Shown: piece after piece, positions 60,532 through 64,000 of the stretch
How the letters are laid out: every line of letters starts with the position of its first letter
How positions within the stretch are numbered: the stretch's first letter is position 1
From: Candidatus Omnitrophota bacterium
Lineage (GTDB): Bacteria > Omnitrophota > Gorgyraeia > VGKH01 > JBHPFN01
Direction of reading: 5' to 3'
Length of the DNA stretch: 64,000 bases
Assembly (NCBI GenBank): GCA_042571725.1
Contig: JBHPFN010000002.1
Span: 14,030 to 78,029 of the forward strand
Program-made: the position numbers and the translations under genes
Notes under the pieces: generated by a model
Database searches by the model: none
What the model was told of the DNA's origin: nothing
The model's input: only the letters and a program-made list of their open reading frames with translations

Positions 60532-63036
60532 TTATCCTCCGCCTCCTATAACACCTGGACTGAGTTCAGAAGGATGGTGCGTAAAATCATAATCCGAATC
60601 AGGTATTGCTAAAAATATACTATCAAAGAAGCCGGGCAGTTCTCCCGGGGGCAATGTGGAAGGGTCTTGGATATCATAGCGAATTTCAAATTCGAACCAA
60701 TTGTCATTACCAATGGGAATTTTAGAGCCCATCTCATGTGGCCAGCCCCGGCTCTGCTCACCGCGACAGGGAGCGTTAGGATAGTTGGCAATCATAAAGT
60801 CGTCATCGCATCTGCGTGCTTTATCTTGATCAAAATCCGGCCAGCTTGTACTAGGGTAGTTGTTCCATCTAAAGTTGTCTTCTTCTAGATTAACAAACGC
60901 ACCCACGACCTTTCTTTGAACACAAACGCCGTCGTCTTCTTCACACCAGCTTTCCAGCACATACGGCGGATAAGCATCGTAGCCAATAATTGACACATTG
61001 TATACGTGGTCATCGGTAACCAGCGGTGTCATTGTGCCTGCCTTTTCATCTTGCCAGGAATTATTTGGGTCTGGATCGTCGTCCCAAAAGTCATCTTCAG
61101 GACCGGTACCGCCTATGCAACCATCGCCTCCTTGGGAGGGGTCGCAGTCTAGGTCTGTGCTAAACTCATCCTCCACATAAGGATAGTTTGGATTATGCCG
61201 TGGATTAGGTAAGCCATCAGGGGCTACAGCTTCTACCGCCTCCATATTTGCAAAGAAATCAGTAGAAAGAGTATATGTCTTTTCTCCTCCAATGACCGCG
61301 GATGGTTGCCAGTCGTCCTCTAGTACATTATAGTTTCCAACCAGGTAGCAGTTTTCTTTTGCGACCGTAGTAAGCGGTTTGGCCAGAATCGCCGCATTGG
61401 TTAAGGCAATATTATGCGTAGCATAAATAATCCCGTTTTCTGGCCAAATATTCGCATCGCCTAAGTTTCCCAGGTCAAGCTTTATGACCTCTTTTACCAG
61501 GGCGCTGTTTGGATCCATAAAATCATCGAGCGCAGCAATCTCAAAGCCTCCGTAGCTATAGACTCCATTCATATCAGGGCAGACCTCTACTTGTTCTATT
61601 TCTGGATCTCCATCTATATTGGCGTTTATCGTTATCTTGAGCGTCGTATCTCCTCCTCCTACGCAAGACAGTTCTCCATCTAACGCTATATACATACCGG
61701 CAGTTTGGGCACTATCGAAGTAAGTTGTGGAGTTAATTCTTAATGGAGTGATACGATTGGCCTCGGTATTGTGTTCTTTGATTACTCCTTGAAACTCATT
61801 GTCAGTTACCCAGTCGGACCAGTCAGATAGTTGGTGTTCAGAATTTGTAGTTTTAACCGGTATGGTAATTGGACTCCCGGGGGGTGGATAGTAATACGTG
61901 TTGCCGCCGTAGGGCCTACCTTCGTATGTTAATCGGTGTAAGTGATGAGGCCATGATGTATTCATAAGCGAAGGAAGTTTTACAGTGGTTGCGCCTTCAA
62001 ACTTACGAATTTGCGTATGGGCATATCTCAATCCAAGGCTCGTATTGCCAGATATATTATAGCCTTCATACTGATACAGCTCGGGGTTAATCTTAGTAAC
62101 ATCATGACCCCCTGCCAATACCGGGTTTGGTTGAGGCAGGTAGCAATTAGCAAATGCGCCTTCGCATGGTACATACGCGTCCCCTTCGGGCATCGGGTTA
62201 TCCATATACAATCCACCCTGCATTCCTGAGACGCGACCATCTACATTGTTGTAGTATGGATATATGTCAAGATCCATCGGGTCTTTCCAAGGATCGCGCA
62301 ACCAGAATACGATATCCTCCCAGGTTATGCCGGCGGGCATGGGGAGGGGAGCGCCACCTTCATCATAGGCTTCAGTAATATCAGGCGGCAGAAAAGTCGA
62401 TTGCCGATAGAAAATATATCCTGCGGCAGTAAGTTCTTTTACATCAAGAATCTTTACGCCGTCATACAATGCTAAGTTTCCATTAGTATGTATCTTGCCG
62501 CCATTGGCTTCATAAGTAGTCCACGACGGCCAGCTGTCTTCGGGATTAAACCAGAAGTATTCGTAGAGAGACGCTGTTGCTACTTTCGAAGCTAAAAGAG
62601 CGGTATCGCCGTCAGCGCTGATTCCTCTTGAGAGGATAATGAACTGTCCATCAATAGGATCTATATAGATCTTGACAAGAAATTCACCGTTGAGCGCCCG
62701 GTACGCTCCGTCGTATGCTCCCGGGTCGTGGTCTGCGATACTTGATAAGATAACATCACGCGCTACTCCGCCATTGAGCAGCAGAAGAGGGTCATCTCCA
62801 GTTTCAGCAACGGAATGGGTAACCCAGTACGTGCCGTGACGCACCAGCTCATAATGGGCACACACACCGCCCATTTCGGCATTGTACATGGCGCTTAGTT
62901 TGCTAATATTCTTTTTCACCACCATGTTTTCATTGATGCTTTTGGCAAATATCCCCCCAGCAAGGACGGTGAGCACTATTAACGTTATAAATGTGCCGAT
63001 GAGAAGAAATCCCTTGTGTTGAGCAATGCGGTTCAT
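60532..63036 (-). CDS. Giant PilX-N/GspK-like pseudopilin-family protein, paralog D
   Basis: ATG at 63036 lies 9 nt after AAGGAG (MNRIAQHKG|FLLIGTFITLIVL...). Same motif set, including ...TLPPGELPGFFDSIFLAIPDS. Confidence 0.8.
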   Translation of the reverse strand: MNRIAQHKGFLLIGTFITLIVLTVLAGGIFAKSINENMVVKKNISKLSAMYNAEMGGVCAHYELVRHGTYWVTHSVAETGDDPLLLLNGGVARDVILSSIADHDPGAYDGAYRALNGEFLVKIYIDPIDGQFIILSRGISADGDTALLASKVATASLYEYFWFNPEDSWPSWTTYEANGGKIHTNGNLALYDGVKILDVKELTAAGYIFYRQSTFLPPDITEAYDEGGAPLPMPAGITWEDIVFWLRDPWKDPMDLDIYPYYNNVDGRVSGMQGGLYMDNPMPEGDAYVPCEGAFANCYLPQPNPVLAGGHDVTKINPELYQYEGYNISGNTSLGLRYAHTQIRKFEGATTVKLPSLMNTSWPHHLHRLTYEGRPYGGNTYYYPPPGSPITIPVKTTNSEHQLSDWSDWVTDNEFQGVIKEHNTEANRITPLRINSTTYFDSAQTAGMYIALDGELSCVGGGDTTLKITINANIDGDPEIEQVEVCPDMNGVYSYGGFEIAALDDFMDPNSALVKEVIKLDLGNLGDANIWPENGIIYATHNIALTNAAILAKPLTTVAKENCYLVGNYNVLEDDWQPSAVIGGEKTYTLSTDFFANMEAVEAVAPDGLPNPRHNPNYPYVEDEFSTDLDCDPSQGGDGCIGGTGPEDDFWDDDPDPNNSWQDEKAGTMTPLVTDDHVYNVSIIGYDAYPPYVLESWCEEDDGVCVQRKVVGAFVNLEEDNFRWNNYPSTSWPDFDQDKARRCDDDFMIANYPNAPCRGEQSRGWPHEMGSKIPIGNDNWFEFEIRYDIQDPSTLPPGELPGFFDSIFLAIPDSDYDFTHHPSELSPGVIGGGG

Positions 63037-63067
63037 GGCAATCATCTCCTTTTGTTGTGGTCGCAAG

Positions 63068-64000
63068 TTAGTTCCTCAGCGATACTGAGCTTTCAAGCAT
63101 GAATTGAAACAGCCTTCCTACCATTGAGTCTTGTGAAGCGGCAATATTTATATTTACAAAATCTGGATTGTAGTCTTTTACATCTCCGTTGAGGCTCAAA
63201 CCTTCAAACTCAATGTTGGTAATATCATCAGCGATTACGGTAATATTGTACGTGTCTTCAGCGCCGAGCTGCTGCGCAAAGACCACGCCACTGAAAAAGC
63301 GCTTGAGCAGAGAGCCATAGGGAGGATTGTCTTGTTTTATTATCAATTTTTTATTATGTACCAGATACCCTTCTGCAAAGTAGGTGTGGTAGGGATTGAC
63401 ATTGAGGTCGTAGACGGTTATCGGCATATCAAGTTTGACTTCTTGGATATCGCTTATAGGTTCAAGCTCGCCTTTTTGATTGAGCAGCTCATCACCTATC
63501 TTTAAAGAGCCGATCTCCACCCACTGACCGTTATGGTATACCGGATGATTAGGAGTTACCTTCAGGGCGCCATTAACGATAAGATACCTATCCGCAGTAT
63601 TGAGAAAAACGTATTTTACCGCATCCTTTACTGTTTGTTTTGTTTCTTCGTTAAAGGCTAAGACCTCATCGTCTACGTTAATATGTTCAATAGGTTTTGA
63701 AGTGCCATCGGCCATGGTAATCGAGGTGCCCGGCACAAAACAAGGGCCGCCCGAACAAGGAGCGCAGTCGGGGCAATTTGAGCAGGTTTCTCCCAACGCA
63801 GGTTCACAGCTACCGTTGGGGCAGGTTATTTCTTTTGCCACTAACCTTACGAGCCTGCCTTGATGTTCTTCAGAGAAATCTTCGTGGGGCACAAGATAGA
63901 TGATGTCTTGATTGAGAATTCCATCAGCTCCCCACTTAAGCAGGCCGTCAGAGTCTTCGAAATAGTATGTCCCGGCGACCGGGTCGTCGGTTATTTGAGG
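63068..64000 (-). CDS. GspJ/PilW-like pseudopilin carrying a Cys-rich module plus a Hint (intein-like) domain; 5' end lies beyond the window
   Basis: The frame stays open from 63892 to the window edge. It reads PQITDDPVAGTYYFEDSDGLLKWGADGILNQDIIYLVPHEDFSEEHQGRLVRLV, colinear with FQTPQVTDDPIAGTYFLEDPAGEIKWGADG...IYMVPRSNFSSEHQGRLVRMV of 59870-60526. C-terminal SSVSLRN. Confidence 0.8.
   Translation of the reverse strand, partial: PQITDDPVAGTYYFEDSDGLLKWGADGILNQDIIYLVPHEDFSEEHQGRLVRLVAKEITCPNGSCEPALGETCSNCPDCAPCSGGPCFVPGTSITMADGTSKPIEHINVDDEVLAFNEETKQTVKDAVKYVFLNTADRYLIVNGALKVTPNHPVYHNGQWVEIGSLKIGDELLNQKGELEPISDIQEVKLDMPITVYDLNVNPYHTYFAEGYLVHNKKLIIKQDNPPYGSLLKRFFSGVVFAQQLGAEDTYNITVIADDITNIEFEGLSLNGDVKDYNPDFVNINIAASQDSMVGRLFQFMLESSVSLRN
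63353..63742 (-). other. Hint / bacterial intein-like (BIL) autoprocessing domain, 130 aa, inserted in the pseudopilin
   Basis: Block A: CFVPGTSITMADGTSKPIEHINVDDEVL. Block B: VTPNHPVY..GQWVEIGSLKIGDEL. Blocks F/G: VYDLNVNPYHTYFAEGYLVHN. The residue after HN is Lys, so there is no Cys/Ser/Thr +1 nucleophile. Confidence 0.85.

Noticed and set aside
63353-63742. A canonical self-splicing intein
   Set aside because: The residue after the terminal His-Asn is Lys, not Cys/Ser/Thr. The host protein is a variable exported pseudopilin rather than a conserved housekeeping enzyme. There is no homing-endonuclease insertion, since the domain is a 130-aa mini Hint. A BIL-type autoprocessing domain fits better.
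1-64000. tRNA, rRNA, tmRNA, RNase P, transposase, integrase or phage genes
   Set aside because: I scanned the intergenic gaps longer than 100 nt and the ORF translations by eye. Nothing resembled these features, and the only convincing structured RNA is the GEMM-I element. A tRNAscan/Infernal run would be needed to exclude them formally.

Overview
This is a gene-dense 64-kb window that looks like it comes from an uncultivated diderm bacterium. Genes have AGGAGG-type RBSs, frequent GTG/TTG starts and many 4-nt ATGA overlaps. I recognised no rRNA, tRNA, CRISPR array, transposase or integrase. There are four blocks. (1) 1-6.3 kb: an envelope operon (DUF2089 Zn-ribbon/HTH, two LemA proteins, a TPM-domain protein) plus an exported PQQ-like beta-propeller whose tail contains three exact-period 138-nt Cys-rich tandem repeats. 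(2) 6.3-28.6 kb: a strictly co-directional island of about 35 mostly small orphan exported or membrane proteins. A few are recognisable: TPM+PDZ, FMN reductase-like, BLUF, SOR-like+DoxX, LpxH-like metallophosphoesterase, SNase, MORN-variant. The intergenic leaders of this island are built from a mosaic family of short hairpin modules (GCACYCA, a loop containing WTGTAR, then TGRGTGC; and CCCGCC-loop-GGCGGG immediately before the SD). These modules are absent from the rest of the window. (3) 28.7-51.4 kb: signalling and housekeeping genes. They include a SpoIIE/PP2C phosphatase, a well-supported c-di-GMP-I (GEMM-I) riboswitch with its own promoter and terminator in front of a three-gene pseudopilin operon (I/V-like, J/W-like, K/PilX-like), an HD-GYP protein, pabB-pabC translationally coupled to a Kae1-domain-only HypF plus hypC-hypD, an AsnC/aminotransferase pair, a PilZ fusion, an M1 peptidase-Omp85 barrel fusion, pcm, a nitroreductase and era. 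(4) 51.4-64 kb, minus strand: the most unusual region. It is a tandem array of paralogous cassettes, each pairing a small J/W-like pseudopilin with a giant (about 830-850 aa) K/PilX-like protein. There are three pairs plus one extra giant. The rightmost pseudopilin, truncated by the window edge, carries a complete Hint (bacterial intein-like) autoprocessing domain at a site that is empty or holds only a Cys-rich mini-module in its paralogs. No pilus or T2SS assembly machinery is present in the window.
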